Assembly: GCA_041725895.1 (NCBI GenBank)
Contig: JBGRQA010000005.1
Location: 141,134 to 205,133, forward strand
Reading direction: 5' to 3'
Origin: Marinifilaceae bacterium
GTDB taxonomy: Bacteria > Bacteroidota > Bacteroidia > Bacteroidales > Marinifilaceae
DNA length: 64,000 nt
This document shows, piece after piece, positions 10,205 to 21,471 of the stretch. The notes beneath the pieces are model-generated. The model did no database searches. It was not told where the DNA came from and saw nothing but the letters and a program-made list of their open reading frames with translations. A program made the translations under genes and the position numbers. Each line of letters begins with the position of its first letter. Position 1 is the stretch's first letter.

Positions 10205-12535
10205 CTAACGGGCCACAGGGAGAGTAAAAATGAAACTACTCCCCTTACCTACTTCACTTTCAACCACGATGTCTCCCTTATTTCTGCTTATGAACTCCTT
10301 GCAAAGAATCAATCCCAGTCCAGTGCCCATTTCCTCATTGGTTCCCATGCGCGTATATGCTGCATCCAGCCGGAATAACTTCTCCATATTTTCTTCGGAA
10401 ATGCCCATTCCAGTATCTCTTACTTCAACTTTTATTTGCTCCCCTACTTCATCCATATAGATATCCACATTACCTTCCGGATAAGTAAATTTTAAAGCAT
10501 TGGAAAGCAAATTTCGGACAACTGTATCCACCATATACTCATCCGCGTATGCATAGTTTCTTACTTTGGAATGCAGTTTTATTTCTATTTTTTTCTCAAT
10601 TGCCTTTGCCTCATGCAAAGCCATGTTCGTTTTTAGCAGATTCTCCAGATTAATCTGTTCCGGATTTCGCTGAATTTTTCCCATCTGAGAGCGAGACCAT
10701 TCCAACAAGTTTTCGAGCAGGTTGTAGCCTTGATGAGCTGACGAATGAATCAGGTCGATACATTCCTGAAATTGATCAGGAGCCATACTTTCGCCATTAT
10801 CCTTTAGCAATGCAGAGAAACCCAGTAAAGCATTAAACGGGTTCTTTAAATCGTGTGCGATTATGGAGAAAAATTTATCTTTTGTTATTACAGCCTCATG
10901 AAGCTTGCTTTGAATTGATTTAAGATCGGTAATGTTAACGCAGGTTCCCAGAGCCCTGACTGCCCGTCCCTGCTCATTTCTTTCCACAACCTTACCCCTC
11001 TCCAGAACCCATAAATAAGTTCCATCAGCTGCACGAAGCCGGTGTTCCACCTCGAAAATTTCGCTTTTCCCCTTAAAATGATCCTGGTATGCCTTTTTCA
11101 CTCTCTCCTGATCATCGGGATGAATGATATCGCGGGTAAAACTTCCCAAATTTAAAATATCCTCTCTCCGGTATCCTAGCATCGTAAACCATTGATCATT
11201 ACAATCAATACGCTGTTCCAGGATATACCAGTCCCACAAAGATTCAGATGCTCCATCCATGGCCAGTTTCAAACGTGTTTCACTCTCCTCCAAATCCCTC
11301 TGGGCCAATCTTCTTTGGGTTATATCTCTTGCAACAGCTAGTAATGTTTCCACTTTCCCCTCCGTAGTAAATTCCGGAATCAGTCGCCATTCAAAATACA
11401 GCTTTTCTCCATTCATTTGAAGGGTGAATTCAACAGTCTTTGACTTCCTCTCATCAAACACCTGCTGCATCCATTCCTCCCACTGTTTGCTATTTTCTTC
11501 AGGAAATCCCATCTCATCATGGGTTAATCCAATAAAATCTTCTGGAGCAATACCTAAAAGCCTTTTACTAGTTGAATTAACAAACAGATGTCTAAATTCC
11601 CGATCAAACTGCATTATCAAATCGGGAGAATTCTCTACCAGACTTCTAAATCTGCCTTCGCTTTCACGAAGTCTCCTTTCAGCTTTCTTACGCAAACCAA
11701 TATCACGAATGGCAGCAAAACAAGCTTTCCCTGCTTTGTAATCCATCAAGCTGGCACTTACCTCCACCGGGATTCTACTTCCATGCTTCGTAATCAAAGG
11801 TGTTTCAAAAACAGCAGTCCCATCTAATTTCAATTCTTCAAAACGCTCATGAAAGGGTTTGGAATAATTGGAGTCATCTATATCCTTAATACTTAATTTC
11901 TCCAGCTCTTCATTTGAATAGCCAAGTAAAGCCGAAAGTTTGGAACTAAATTCAATTATCCGACCATTGCAGTCATGAATGATAAAAGCATCGCCTGCTG
12001 ATTCAAATACCTGACGATACAATTTCTCTTTCTCCTCCTTGGTATTTAAAAGCGTTTGATAAGAGGTTACATCCCGATTCTCCACAACCACCATTCCAAC
12101 ATCACCTTCTTCATTAAAAACAGGATTGGCTACCATTTCGGAATATACTATTTCCTTTCCGGCACCAAGCTTCTTAATAAACTTTTGGGGTTTCCCATAC
12201 GTAAAAACATCCTTAACCTTGCAATCATTACAGGGTTCCTTTCGAGAATGAAATACCTGGAAACACTTTTTCCCAATAGCTTCCTCTCGGGAGGTTGAAA
12301 TCCCTTCGAAACGGCAATTATTGGCGGCTAGTAAATTTAAATAAACATCTACTATAGAAATAGCCTCTTCGATACCGTTAAAGACGGAAAGAAATTGATT
12401 GCAATTGATAATATTCGAATTCTCTATCAATTCTTCCCCCCGCTTTCGCTCCAGTTTGGCGCGTAGGTTCTTATTCTCAACCTCTAATTGCTGAAGCCGA
12501 GTCATAAGTTGTTCGGGAGCAAGTTCGCTTAACAT
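10205..12535 (-). CDS. multi-PAS sensor histidine kinase (cytoplasmic, N-terminal coiled coil)
   Basis: Repeated PAS-like segments, H-box FFSIIAHDLKNPFN, N-box NLLSNALKFT, and G-boxes DTGMGI and GTGLGL. Confidence 0.85.
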   Translation of the reverse strand: MLSELAPEQLMTRLQQLEVENKNLRAKLERKRGEELIENSNIINCNQFLSVFNGIEEAISIVDVYLNLLAANNCRFEGISTSREEAIGKKCFQVFHSRKEPCNDCKVKDVFTYGKPQKFIKKLGAGKEIVYSEMVANPVFNEEGDVGMVVVENRDVTSYQTLLNTKEEKEKLYRQVFESAGDAFIIHDCNGRIIEFSSKLSALLGYSNEELEKLSIKDIDDSNYSKPFHERFEELKLDGTAVFETPLITKHGSRIPVEVSASLMDYKAGKACFAAIRDIGLRKKAERRLRESEGRFRSLVENSPDLIMQFDREFRHLFVNSTSKRLLGIAPEDFIGLTHDEMGFPEENSKQWEEWMQQVFDERKSKTVEFTLQMNGEKLYFEWRLIPEFTTEGKVETLLAVARDITQRRLAQRDLEESETRLKLAMDGASESLWDWYILEQRIDCNDQWFTMLGYRREDILNLGSFTRDIIHPDDQERVKKAYQDHFKGKSEIFEVEHRLRAADGTYLWVLERGKVVERNEQGRAVRALGTCVNITDLKSIQSKLHEAVITKDKFFSIIAHDLKNPFNALLGFSALLKDNGESMAPDQFQECIDLIHSSAHQGYNLLENLLEWSRSQMGKIQRNPEQINLENLLKTNMALHEAKAIEKKIEIKLHSKVRNYAYADEYMVDTVVRNLLSNALKFTYPEGNVDIYMDEVGEQIKVEVRDTGMGISEENMEKLFRLDAAYTRMGTNEEMGTGLGLILCKEFISRNKGDIVVESEVGKGSSFIFTLPVAR

Positions 12536-12614
12536 AACCTAAGGTGTTTGACTTGTTTATTTTTTTGCTTAGGCATAAATGTACGAAAAAATACTTAACA
12601 TACAATTATAGAAA

Positions 12615-12649
12615 ATAAAAAACCCCGAAAAGTTTTCTTTTCGGGGTTT
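12615..12649 (-). terminator. rho-independent terminator after deoC
   Basis: Stem AAACCCCGAAAAG-tttt-CTTTTCGGGGTTT, with a T-run on the minus strand. Confidence 0.75.
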
Positions 12650-12666
12650 ACTATCAATATTTTAAT

Positions 12667-13566
12667 TTAAAAATACTTAACAGGCTCCTCACTACCAGTT
12701 TCCAATTTACGGATATCAGTAAGCAAGTTATTTGCCAGACTGGAAGCACCATAGCGAAGGTATTCATTGTTCAGCCACTCTTCTCCCAAATTGTTACGAA
12801 CTACTGACAAATATTCAATGGCATCCTTTCCTGTTGAGATACCACCTGCTGGTTTAAAACCAATTTTTTTACCGGTTTTCTCAAAAAATTCCTGAATTGC
12901 CTGAGTCATTACGTAAGCAGACTCAAGGGTAGCATTCACAGGTACTTTCCCTGTTGAAGTCTTAATAAAATCAGCACCAGCTTCCATTGCAATCAATGAA
13001 GCTACACGAATTTGCTGAGCTGTTTTCAGTTCTCCGGTTTCAAGAATTACTTTCAGGTGAGCTTTTCCACAGGCCTCTTTTTGAGCTACAATTTCATCGT
13101 ACACCGTTTGGTAATCACCTTCGAGGAAAGAACCTACAGAAATCACAATATCGATCTCATCTGCTCCTTTTTCCACCGCCATCTTACACTCCAATGCTTT
13201 AACTTCGATGTATGATTGTGAGGATGGGAAAACACCGGCCACGGAAGCGATATTCACGCCTTCCGCTTTTAAGTTTTCATTTAATGTAGCTACCTGTGAA
13301 GGATACACGCAGATAGCAGCCACATTTGGCATGTCAAAATCATTCTGGAAGTTATTTACATTTTCTGCGAAGCTTTTAGCTCTTGCATGTGTATCTGTCG
13401 AATTCAAGGTCGTCAGATCAATCAACGAAAAGCACTTCTTTAAATTCTCCAGGGTATACAAAGAATCGTAATCAGCCTTGATGATCGCCTGAACTTCCTT
13501 GCCTACAAACTCATCATTCAGATCCAGTTTGTACCCTTTCAAGATCTCTAAAATGTCTTTTTTCAT
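12667..13566 (-). CDS. deoC: deoxyribose-phosphate aldolase (long form)
   Basis: Schiff-base lysine context GADFIKTSTGK and a TIM-barrel DeoC-like layout. Confidence 0.85.
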   Translation of the reverse strand: MKKDILEILKGYKLDLNDEFVGKEVQAIIKADYDSLYTLENLKKCFSLIDLTTLNSTDTHARAKSFAENVNNFQNDFDMPNVAAICVYPSQVATLNENLKAEGVNIASVAGVFPSSQSYIEVKALECKMAVEKGADEIDIVISVGSFLEGDYQTVYDEIVAQKEACGKAHLKVILETGELKTAQQIRVASLIAMEAGADFIKTSTGKVPVNATLESAYVMTQAIQEFFEKTGKKIGFKPAGGISTGKDAIEYLSVVRNNLGEEWLNNEYLRYGASSLANNLLTDIRKLETGSEEPVKYF

Positions 13567-13717
13567 AATGTAAATAAATAAAATTTAACCAGATACGAGA
13601 CGTTTCCCGTATGATTTTAAACAAGAAAGAGGCCATAAACGACCTCCTCCAAACAATTCGAAGACCACAAAATTACAATAAATATTCCTTATTTTTTAAT
13701 TTCTAGGAAGTTAATCC

Positions 13718-14059
13718 CTATTTGAGTCTGTCGTTATTTTTGTGACGTGTAGCATCCCTGGTACTCTTCTTCTCGATATTTTTGCGAAATGCCTCAGTCA
13801 AATCCACTCCGGTCTGGTTGGCCAGGCAAATTAACACCCAAAGTACATCTGCCATCTCGTCTCCCAAATCTTTATTCCGATCCTTTTCACGGAAAGACTG
13901 CTCTCCATATTTTCGCGAAATCAAACGGGCCACCTCTCCCACCTCTTCGGTAAGAATTGCCATATTGGTTAACTCATTAAAATAACGTACCCCATATTCC
14001 TTAATCCAGGCATCCACCATAGTTTGAGCTTCAGCAATCGATATCTCTTTTCTCTCCAT
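13718..14059 (-). CDS. MazG-like nucleotide pyrophosphohydrolase
   Basis: EEVGEVARLI ... LGDEMADVLWVLICLAN (the EExxE...ExxD MazG motifs), 113 aa. Confidence 0.8.
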   Translation of the reverse strand: MERKEISIAEAQTMVDAWIKEYGVRYFNELTNMAILTEEVGEVARLISRKYGEQSFREKDRNKDLGDEMADVLWVLICLANQTGVDLTEAFRKNIEKKSTRDATRHKNNDRLK

Positions 14060-14070
14060 AGAATATCAAT

Positions 14071-14523
14071 TTATTCCTTGTTTTTAGTATCAATGATAAT
14101 GGTTACCGGTCCGTCATTGACCAGGGCCACCTGCATTTCAGCCCCAAATTCTCCGGTTCCAACCTCTTGCCCCAACTCCTGCTCCAGTTGTCCTACAAAT
14201 TGATTGTAAAGGGGAATTGAAACATCGGGCTTTGCGGCATTGATGTAGGAAGGACGATTGCCTTTCTTGGTCCTGGCATGAAGTGTAAACTGGCTTATGG
14301 CCAGTATCTCTCCCCGCACATCTACAACAGAACGATTCATAACCCCCTCTTCATCATCGAAAATTCGAAGGTTACATATCTTTTTGCAAAGCCAGTTAAT
14401 ATCCTCGGTGCTGTCTTCGTTTTCAATTCCTACAAGGATCATGAGCCCCTTGCCTATTCTGCTTTTACAGGTCCCGTTGATGCTTACCGAGGCCTCATTA
14501 ACTCGTTGTATTACTACTCTCAT
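14071..14523 (-). CDS. dtd: D-aminoacyl-tRNA deacylase
   Basis: MRVVIQRV N-terminus plus the SQFTL and NDGPVT motifs. Confidence 0.93.
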   Translation of the reverse strand: MRVVIQRVNEASVSINGTCKSRIGKGLMILVGIENEDSTEDINWLCKKICNLRIFDDEEGVMNRSVVDVRGEILAISQFTLHARTKKGNRPSYINAAKPDVSIPLYNQFVGQLEQELGQEVGTGEFGAEMQVALVNDGPVTIIIDTKNKE

Positions 14524-14670
14524 TCTACTCTTTTATCGGATTTTTGATGACAAAACAATTTCCCCAAAGATAATTACTTTCCAATAATCACTTCCTGTCT
14601 CCATTTCCCTTATAATAGTTACTTCAGGTTCAAATCCCGATAAAGGGAAATTCAGAAATTATAAACATCT

Positions 14671-15684
14671 TTGTATATCGGAAACAAAAAAGAAATTACC
14701 ATGCTGTGCTACATAAGTGAAAGTAATGATACTTCTTATAACATCGCTATGGAGGAGTATTTCCTAAAAAATTTTGATGATGATTTCTTCCTTCTCTATC
14801 AAAATGAACCTTCTATTGTTGTAGGCAAACACCAAAACACCCTTGCCGAAATCAACCTCACCGAAGTAAAAAATCAGAGGGTAAAAGTAGTCCGTCGCCT
14901 TTCGGGAGGTGGAACAGTATTTCACGATATGGGAAACCTCAATTACTGTTTTATTCTGAAAGGCAACAAGGGGGAATTGGTCAATTTCAGGAAACATACT
15001 CAACCCATTTTAGAGGTATTAAATCAACTGGGAGTAAAAGCAAAGTTTGAAGGAAGAAACGACCTGACCATAGACGGAAAAAAATTCTCGGGTAATGCCT
15101 GTCACGTATACAAGAATAAGGTCATGCAACACGGAACAATGCTTTTTTCAAGCGATTTAAACCGCTTAAACAAACTCCTCAAGGTAAACCCTCTTAAGTT
15201 TAAGGATAAGGCCATACGCTCCATCAGAAGTCGTGTAACCAATATTTGTGAACATCTTTCTGTCCCTGTGGAATTAAAACAACTGGCTGAACAAATCCTG
15301 AACCACATTCTTACAACCACGACCAATTCCAAATTGTATCATCTAAGTCCAGAAGACCAGATAAACATCCAGAAACTTGTGGAATCCAAATACGATACCT
15401 GGGAGTGGAATTTTGGATACTCCCCAAAGTACAATTTCGAAAAACTTATTCAAACTCCTGCCGGAAAAATTCTGGAAGTACAACTTTGGGTTGAGAAAGG
15501 AATCATTCAAAAAATGGAACTATTGGGCAATTGCATTCTCCCTGAAAAAATTGAAGAATTTAAAAACCAATTTGAGAATACTCCTCACGATTTACAGAAA
15601 ATTGAGGAACGAATTGCTTCAATAAATTTAAAGGAATACTTTAACGATATCTCTCCAGATCAGCTTCTGAAAGGACTTTCATAG
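14671..15684 (+). CDS. lplA: lipoate--protein ligase
   Basis: RRLSGGGTVFHDMGNLNY motif, followed by the K-F-SGNA lipoyl-AMP lysine region. Confidence 0.88.
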   Translation: MYIGNKKEITMLCYISESNDTSYNIAMEEYFLKNFDDDFFLLYQNEPSIVVGKHQNTLAEINLTEVKNQRVKVVRRLSGGGTVFHDMGNLNYCFILKGNKGELVNFRKHTQPILEVLNQLGVKAKFEGRNDLTIDGKKFSGNACHVYKNKVMQHGTMLFSSDLNRLNKLLKVNPLKFKDKAIRSIRSRVTNICEHLSVPVELKQLAEQILNHILTTTTNSKLYHLSPEDQINIQKLVESKYDTWEWNFGYSPKYNFEKLIQTPAGKILEVQLWVEKGIIQKMELLGNCILPEKIEEFKNQFENTPHDLQKIEERIASINLKEYFNDISPDQLLKGLS

Positions 15685-15726
15685 GTTCCTATTCAATTAG
15701 AAGTATTATCAAACAAAATATTTATA

Positions 15727-15765
15727 AGAAATAAGAGGGAATTGATCGTCCCCCTCTTATTTCTT
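15727..15765. terminator. bidirectional terminator between convergent lplA and uvrC
   Basis: Stem AAGAAATAAGAGGG-loop-CCCTCTTATTTCTT. Confidence 0.7.
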
Positions 15766-15771
15766 ATTCTT

Positions 15772-17595
15772 TTATTTATCTGAAAGATGTGATTTCACAT
15801 ATTCATAGACAATTAAGCCCTTTGATTTTCCAAGAAGATCTGTCAACTCTTCCAGAGAGGATTTTTTCACATTCTTTACCGATTTAAACTTCTCCAGTAA
15901 CTTTTGAACGGTCTTGGGTCCAATCCCGGAAATCTGATCCAATTCTGATTTAATGAAAGCCTTGGATCTTTTCTGCCGGTGAAATGTAATCCCAAAACGG
16001 TGAGCCTCGTTCCGCAAATGCTGTATTACTTTTAGAGATTCGGAATTCTTATCCAAACAAAGAGGATAGGGATCTCCAGGGAAATAAATTTCCTCTAACT
16101 TTTTGGCGATACCAACTACAGAAATCTTTCCTCTCAAATCCAGTTTCCCCAAACTGTTCAACGCAGCTCCCAATTGACCTTTCCCCCCATCAATAACAAT
16201 CAACTGAGGCAAGGAATGACCATCCTCCACCAGACGCTTGTACCGACGATAAATAATCTCCTCCATAGAGGCAAAATCATTGGCCCCAACTACAGTTTTG
16301 ATATTAAAATGACGATAGTCTTTCTTGTAAGGTTTGGTATCACGAAAAACCACGCAGGAGGCAACAGGATGCTCTCCCTGTATATTGGAGTTATCAAAAC
16401 ATTCGATATGCACAGGAAGCTCTGTCAATCGTAAATCCTTTTTGAGACCTAAAAGGACCCTTTCGGTATGACGCCCTGGCTGCAATTTCTCCATCTGCTT
16501 CAATTTTTCCTGACGGAAATACATTACATTTCGAGTAGACAAATCCAGCAAACGCTTCTTATCCCCTCTTTGGGGAACGGTAAAACCAACCCCTTCAATT
16601 GACAAATCCATAGGAAAAGGAATCAGTATTTCCTTAGCCGTACTAAAAAATTTCTGCCGTATTTCCGCAATTGCCAACTGCAGCAACTCCTCGGTGCTCT
16701 CGTCCAATTTCTTCTTCAACTCCATTGTGTGCGCCTGAATAATGGAGCCATTAACAACTTTAAGGAAGTTGACATAGCCACATTTATCATCCGTGATAAT
16801 GGAAAAAACATCCACATTATTAATGGAGGCATTCACAATGGTAGACTTACTTTGGTACTTTTCCAACAAGGCAAGCTTCTCCTTTATCTCCTGTGCTTCT
16901 TCAAACTTATATTCTTCTGCAAACACCATCATCTGATCTTTTAGATATTGCGTTACAGTCCGAATATTTCCCTTTAAAATATTACGTATATCAGAAATCG
17001 TTTGATTGTATTCCTCCTCCATCTCCGCCCCAACGCAAGGAGCTTTACAGTTTCCAATATGATATTCCAAACAAACTTTGAATTTCTTTTGCTGAATGTT
17101 TTTGGTAGACAATTGGAGGTTACAGGTTCGGATTTTATAGATGGTCCGAAGCATATCCATAATCGTGCGCACCATTCTTACATTGGTATAGGGACCAAAA
17201 TATTCGGAGCCATCCTTTATCAAATTCCTCGTGAAAAACACCTTGGGAAAAGGTTCCTTCTTGATACAAATCCAGGGATAGGTTTTATCGTCCTTTAGCA
17301 GTACATTGTATCGTGGTTGATGCTTTTTGATCAGGTTGTTCTCCAGAAGCAAAGCATCCTCCTCGCTATCTACCACCAAATGCTTAATATCCGCAATGCG
17401 CCGTACCATGATATTGGTTTTGGCACTATCATGAACCTTGTTAAAATAGGAAGCGACTCGTCTCTTTAACCGTTTGGCTTTTCCGACATATATAATCTTT
17501 TCCTGCTCGTCAAAGAACTGATAAACCCCGGGCTCCTCGGGAAGAGATGCAACCAGGGTTTTCAAATATTCAATATGCTTGTTTCCGTTTTTCAA
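15772..17595 (-). CDS. uvrC: excinuclease ABC subunit C
   Basis: GIY-YIG N-terminus GVYQFFDEQEKIIYVGKAKRLKRRVASYF, a UVR domain, and a C-terminal endonuclease plus HhH region. Confidence 0.96.
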   Translation of the reverse strand: MKNGNKHIEYLKTLVASLPEEPGVYQFFDEQEKIIYVGKAKRLKRRVASYFNKVHDSAKTNIMVRRIADIKHLVVDSEEDALLLENNLIKKHQPRYNVLLKDDKTYPWICIKKEPFPKVFFTRNLIKDGSEYFGPYTNVRMVRTIMDMLRTIYKIRTCNLQLSTKNIQQKKFKVCLEYHIGNCKAPCVGAEMEEEYNQTISDIRNILKGNIRTVTQYLKDQMMVFAEEYKFEEAQEIKEKLALLEKYQSKSTIVNASINNVDVFSIITDDKCGYVNFLKVVNGSIIQAHTMELKKKLDESTEELLQLAIAEIRQKFFSTAKEILIPFPMDLSIEGVGFTVPQRGDKKRLLDLSTRNVMYFRQEKLKQMEKLQPGRHTERVLLGLKKDLRLTELPVHIECFDNSNIQGEHPVASCVVFRDTKPYKKDYRHFNIKTVVGANDFASMEEIIYRRYKRLVEDGHSLPQLIVIDGGKGQLGAALNSLGKLDLRGKISVVGIAKKLEEIYFPGDPYPLCLDKNSESLKVIQHLRNEAHRFGITFHRQKRSKAFIKSELDQISGIGPKTVQKLLEKFKSVKNVKKSSLEELTDLLGKSKGLIVYEYVKSHLSDK

Positions 17596-17649
17596 TCTAA
17601 AAATATTTAACCTTATCCGGAATTAAAAGTAATGATTTTTTATGGTATT

Positions 17650-19290
17650 TTAGCTTTTAAACAAGCTCACCACTTGGAATTCATCAACGTCAAATATTCC
17701 TTTATCCGATAGTTTCAATTTAGGGATCACCAGTAGCGACATAAAAGCAAGAGTCATAAACGGAGCATGAAATGAGGACCCCAATTGCTCAACAAAACAT
17801 TTCAATTCCTGAAATTCCTGCACTACCTGAGATGCTGGCAAACTAGACATCAACCCGGCAACATCCAGCTTCAAGGATTGAGTCTCCTTCCCTTTTACCG
17901 CAACAATCCCCCCTTTCAAATCAATTAAAGTGTTCAAAGCATTCTTCAACTCCTCGTCCGAGGCACCAACTGCAATAATATTGTGACTATCGTGAGCAAT
18001 ACTTTCGGCAATAGCTCCTTCAGAGAAACCAAACCCCTTTACAAATCCAACAACAGGTTCTCCATTGTCGTAACGACTCATGACTACAATCTTCAACAAA
18101 TCCCGTTCGGGATCCGGAACAACTATTCCCTCCTCGATCTTCGGTTCCATTAAAACCTCTCCGGTAATCAAATCACCATCACTTACAAGAATGGTGCGAA
18201 CTTTACCTGGCTCGGCCTTCACCTGAATATCTTCCAAAGCAATCGGCTTACGACTAAAATTATTCAGAATAATATCATTTTGGCTCCCGAACAAGACCTC
18301 CCCTTTAGAAAACAAACACCTTCCCTTTCGGTAGGCTTCCTGCACATTAAAATCTTCCGGGGAATCAACCACAATAAAATCTGCTGAATCCCCAACCTGG
18401 AGCATTCCCAAATCCAATCCGTAATGCTGTACAGAATTGTAGCTGGCGGCACGAAGTAAATTAAACAAATCCAAGCCCTTTTTCAGCCCTTTTCGAATCA
18501 GTTTATTGATATGACCCTGCTTCAGCAACTCATCCGGATGGGCATCATCCGTACAGAGCATTACCCTGTCAGGATGAGAATCGATTAAAGTGTGCAAGGC
18601 ATCAAAATCTTTTGCTGCACTCCCCTCTCGAATCTGAATCATCATCCCCAATGCAATCTTCTCTAAAGCCTCCTCCAAGGTAGAGCACTCATGGTCGGCA
18701 GAAACTCCTGCTGCGGCATATTTCCGAAGTTCTTCTCCTTTCAAGCCAGGAGCATGACCATCCACCTTTTTCCCTAATTTTTTACAGGCAACAATCTTCT
18801 TGCAAACCTCCAGGTCATCATTCACCACTCCCATAAAATCCATCACCTCTGCCAAACAAACTACTTCCTCCCTTTTTAGCAAACTCTCCACGACATTACT
18901 ATCAAGAACAAAGCCTGAGGTTTCATGTTTGGTTGCAGGCACACAAGAGGGAACCCCGAAACGAATCTCCAAGGGTGTATTTTTGGCATCATTAATCATG
19001 AAATCGACCCCAATTTCACCCAGCACATTGGCAATTTCATGAGGGTCGGTAACTACCGAAAGCGTTCCTTGCCGAACAACAAGAGGGGCAAACTGACTTG
19101 GAATAAGCAGAGAACTTTCGATATGGACATGTGAATCCACAAGTCCTGGCATAAGAAATCTGTCAGGAACAACTTCCTTCTCGCAAATCGATAGAATCCT
19201 TCCCTCCTCTACGGTAATTTCCCCTTTAAAAATCCTCCGGGCCACTACATCTACAATGTGGCCATCAATGGTATATTTGTTTTGCTGCAT
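17650..19290 (-). CDS. ade: adenine deaminase
   Basis: Amidohydrolase metal motif GLVDSHVHIESS. I place the start at the internal ATG at 19290 (MQQNKYTIDGHIVDV...). The 44-codon upstream extension in the ORF track looks non-native. Confidence 0.85.
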   Translation of the reverse strand: MQQNKYTIDGHIVDVVARRIFKGEITVEEGRILSICEKEVVPDRFLMPGLVDSHVHIESSLLIPSQFAPLVVRQGTLSVVTDPHEIANVLGEIGVDFMINDAKNTPLEIRFGVPSCVPATKHETSGFVLDSNVVESLLKREEVVCLAEVMDFMGVVNDDLEVCKKIVACKKLGKKVDGHAPGLKGEELRKYAAAGVSADHECSTLEEALEKIALGMMIQIREGSAAKDFDALHTLIDSHPDRVMLCTDDAHPDELLKQGHINKLIRKGLKKGLDLFNLLRAASYNSVQHYGLDLGMLQVGDSADFIVVDSPEDFNVQEAYRKGRCLFSKGEVLFGSQNDIILNNFSRKPIALEDIQVKAEPGKVRTILVSDGDLITGEVLMEPKIEEGIVVPDPERDLLKIVVMSRYDNGEPVVGFVKGFGFSEGAIAESIAHDSHNIIAVGASDEELKNALNTLIDLKGGIVAVKGKETQSLKLDVAGLMSSLPASQVVQEFQELKCFVEQLGSSFHAPFMTLAFMSLLVIPKLKLSDKGIFDVDEFQVVSLFKS

Positions 19291-19428
19291 AACCAAATAT
19301 TTTAAGAAACAAGTTACAAAAAATTGACGGCTCCATTTACAAAAATGGCTCGAAATTGATTCTTTCCCTGGTGGAAAAGAATCAATTTTCGAGCCTTCTA
19401 AAGCCTTTTTAAGGGGCAACAACCCCTT

Positions 19429-19444
19429 TGTTCCACGTGGAACA
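19429..19444. promoter_or_regulatory. perfect 16-bp palindrome TGTTCCACGTGGAACA (candidate operator or hairpin)
   Basis: It abuts the mnmG stop codon and lies upstream of ade. A near copy is at 32943-32964. Confidence 0.3.
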
Positions 19445-21322
19445 TTATCGCCCCATCAACACTAAAAGAACGTTAATATCGGAAGGATTGACCCCCGATA
19501 TTCGAGAAGCCTGCCCTATCGTTTGGGGCTGTATCTTCTCCAGTTTTTGACGAGCCTCAGTTGACAAGGATTTGATAGTTGGGTAATCAAAACGCCCATT
19601 AATATTTATATTTTCCAAACGGGTCAACTTATCCGCGATTAATCTTTCCCGATCGATGTATCCGCTATATTTAATTAAAACCTCAGCGGCCTCAATAATC
19701 TCTTCCTTACGATTGGATATTTTATCCACCTCCTCTTTCAACGGACGGATGTCTTCCAACAGATCAGAGATATGTACCTGGGGACGTAAAATCACATCCA
19801 CCAATTTTACCCCCTGCTTCAAAGGTGAAGTACCCAAACGATCAAGAACCGGATTGATAAATTGAGGTTTAATACTAAATTCCCGACAGAATTTCACAAG
19901 ATCATCCCGGTATTGAATCTTCTCCTTCAACAAATCGAGACGCTCCTGTGTTGCCAACCCAAGGTGGTAGGCCTTCTCGGTCAAACGAACATCGGCATCA
20001 TCTTGCCGCAATAAAATACGGTATTCTGCACGAGAAGTAAACATTCGGTATGGTTCATCCACTCCTTTGGTCACCAAATCATCTATAAGTACGCCAATGT
20101 ATGCTTCGTCCCTTTTCAGTACGAACTTGGGCATATCATTGAGGGCTTGATGTGCATTGATACCGGCAATCATCCCTTGTGCTCCAGCTTCCTCGTACCC
20201 GGTGGTTCCGTTAATCTGCCCTGCAAAATAAAGATTGGGAACCAACTTTGTTTCCAGAGTGTGATACAACTGAGTAGGTGCAAAGTAATCGTACTCGATG
20301 GCATAACCCGGCCGATACATTTTAACATTCTCCAAGCCGGGTACTTTCCTTAAAGCTTTCAATTGAACATCCCATGGAAGTGACGACGAAAATCCATTAA
20401 TATAATACTCATTTGTATCCTCTCCTTCCGGTTCCAAAAACAACAAATGCTCCTTCTTTTCAGCAAAAGTAGTTAATTTGGATTCGATACTAGGGCAATA
20501 TCTTGGTCCGGTACTTTGAATCGTCCCATTGTACATGGGTGAATCTTCAAAACCTTCCTCCAGCTGGGCATGAACCTCCGGGTTAGTATAAACAATATAA
20601 CAGGGACGTTGTTTCAGTTTTCGTTCCACATGATTATTCAAATAGGAAAACTGATAGAAGCATTCCTCCCCATCCTGTTCTCGCATAACCGAAAAATCAA
20701 TACTGCGAGCATCCAAACGCGCAGGAGTTCCCGTCTTCATTCGTCCCACTTCAAACCCGATGGAGCTCAACTGTTCACTTATACCCAGTGATGCTGGTTC
20801 GGCAGAACGCCCCCCTTCTTGTTGTTTGCGTCCAATATGCATCAATCCATTCAAAAAAGTTCCATTGGTAAGAATCACCTTTTTTGAACGAATTTCGATT
20901 CCCAAACTGGTTTTCACACCACAGGCTCTCCCCTCCTCAATCAAAACTTCGGTTACAGAATCCTGCCACAAATCAAGATTATCGGTATTCTCCACAACTT
21001 TGCGCCATTCAGCAGAAAAAACCATACGGTCACACTGAGCACGGGGACTCCACATAGCTGGTCCTTTAGAGCGATTCAGCATTCTGAACTGAATGGAGGA
21101 ACGATCGGTTACAATCCCGGTATAGCCTCCCAAAGCATCCAATTCCCGAACAATTTGGCCCTTAGCGATCCCTCCCATGGCAGGATTACAGGACATTTGA
21201 GCAATTTTGTTCATATCCATTGTAATCAAAAGCGTAGAGGATCCCAGGTTGGCTGCAGCAGTTGCCGCTTCACAACCGGCATGACCGGCTCCCACAACAA
21301 TTACATCGTATTCTGGCAACAT
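19445..21322 (-). CDS. mnmG: tRNA uridine-5-carboxymethylaminomethyl(34) synthesis enzyme MnmG
   Basis: FAD motif [16 protein letters not shown], 625 aa, collinear with the GidA family. Confidence 0.97.
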   Translation of the reverse strand: MLPEYDVIVVGAGHAGCEAATAAANLGSSTLLITMDMNKIAQMSCNPAMGGIAKGQIVRELDALGGYTGIVTDRSSIQFRMLNRSKGPAMWSPRAQCDRMVFSAEWRKVVENTDNLDLWQDSVTEVLIEEGRACGVKTSLGIEIRSKKVILTNGTFLNGLMHIGRKQQEGGRSAEPASLGISEQLSSIGFEVGRMKTGTPARLDARSIDFSVMREQDGEECFYQFSYLNNHVERKLKQRPCYIVYTNPEVHAQLEEGFEDSPMYNGTIQSTGPRYCPSIESKLTTFAEKKEHLLFLEPEGEDTNEYYINGFSSSLPWDVQLKALRKVPGLENVKMYRPGYAIEYDYFAPTQLYHTLETKLVPNLYFAGQINGTTGYEEAGAQGMIAGINAHQALNDMPKFVLKRDEAYIGVLIDDLVTKGVDEPYRMFTSRAEYRILLRQDDADVRLTEKAYHLGLATQERLDLLKEKIQYRDDLVKFCREFSIKPQFINPVLDRLGTSPLKQGVKLVDVILRPQVHISDLLEDIRPLKEEVDKISNRKEEIIEAAEVLIKYSGYIDRERLIADKLTRLENININGRFDYPTIKSLSTEARQKLEKIQPQTIGQASRISGVNPSDINVLLVLMGR

Positions 21323-21471
21323 ATATTATAAGATTTTCAAATTCTAAATTCCTTTCCTGCAAATATAATGCAAAAAATCAGATAACAAACTGTAAATCAA
21401 CAATATAAAAACCCGGAAAAGTTTCTTATATTACTGATAACCAATCCAATAACTTAAAAAATTTCACAAAT

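Noticed and set aside
19291-19422. A 44-codon N-terminal extension of the adenine deaminase ORF (MLPLKKALEGSKIDSF...).
   Set aside because: The extension is low-complexity and unlike the conserved Ade N-terminus. The internal ATG at 19290 gives the typical start (MQQNKYTIDGHIVDV) and leaves room for a promoter after the mnmG terminator hairpins.
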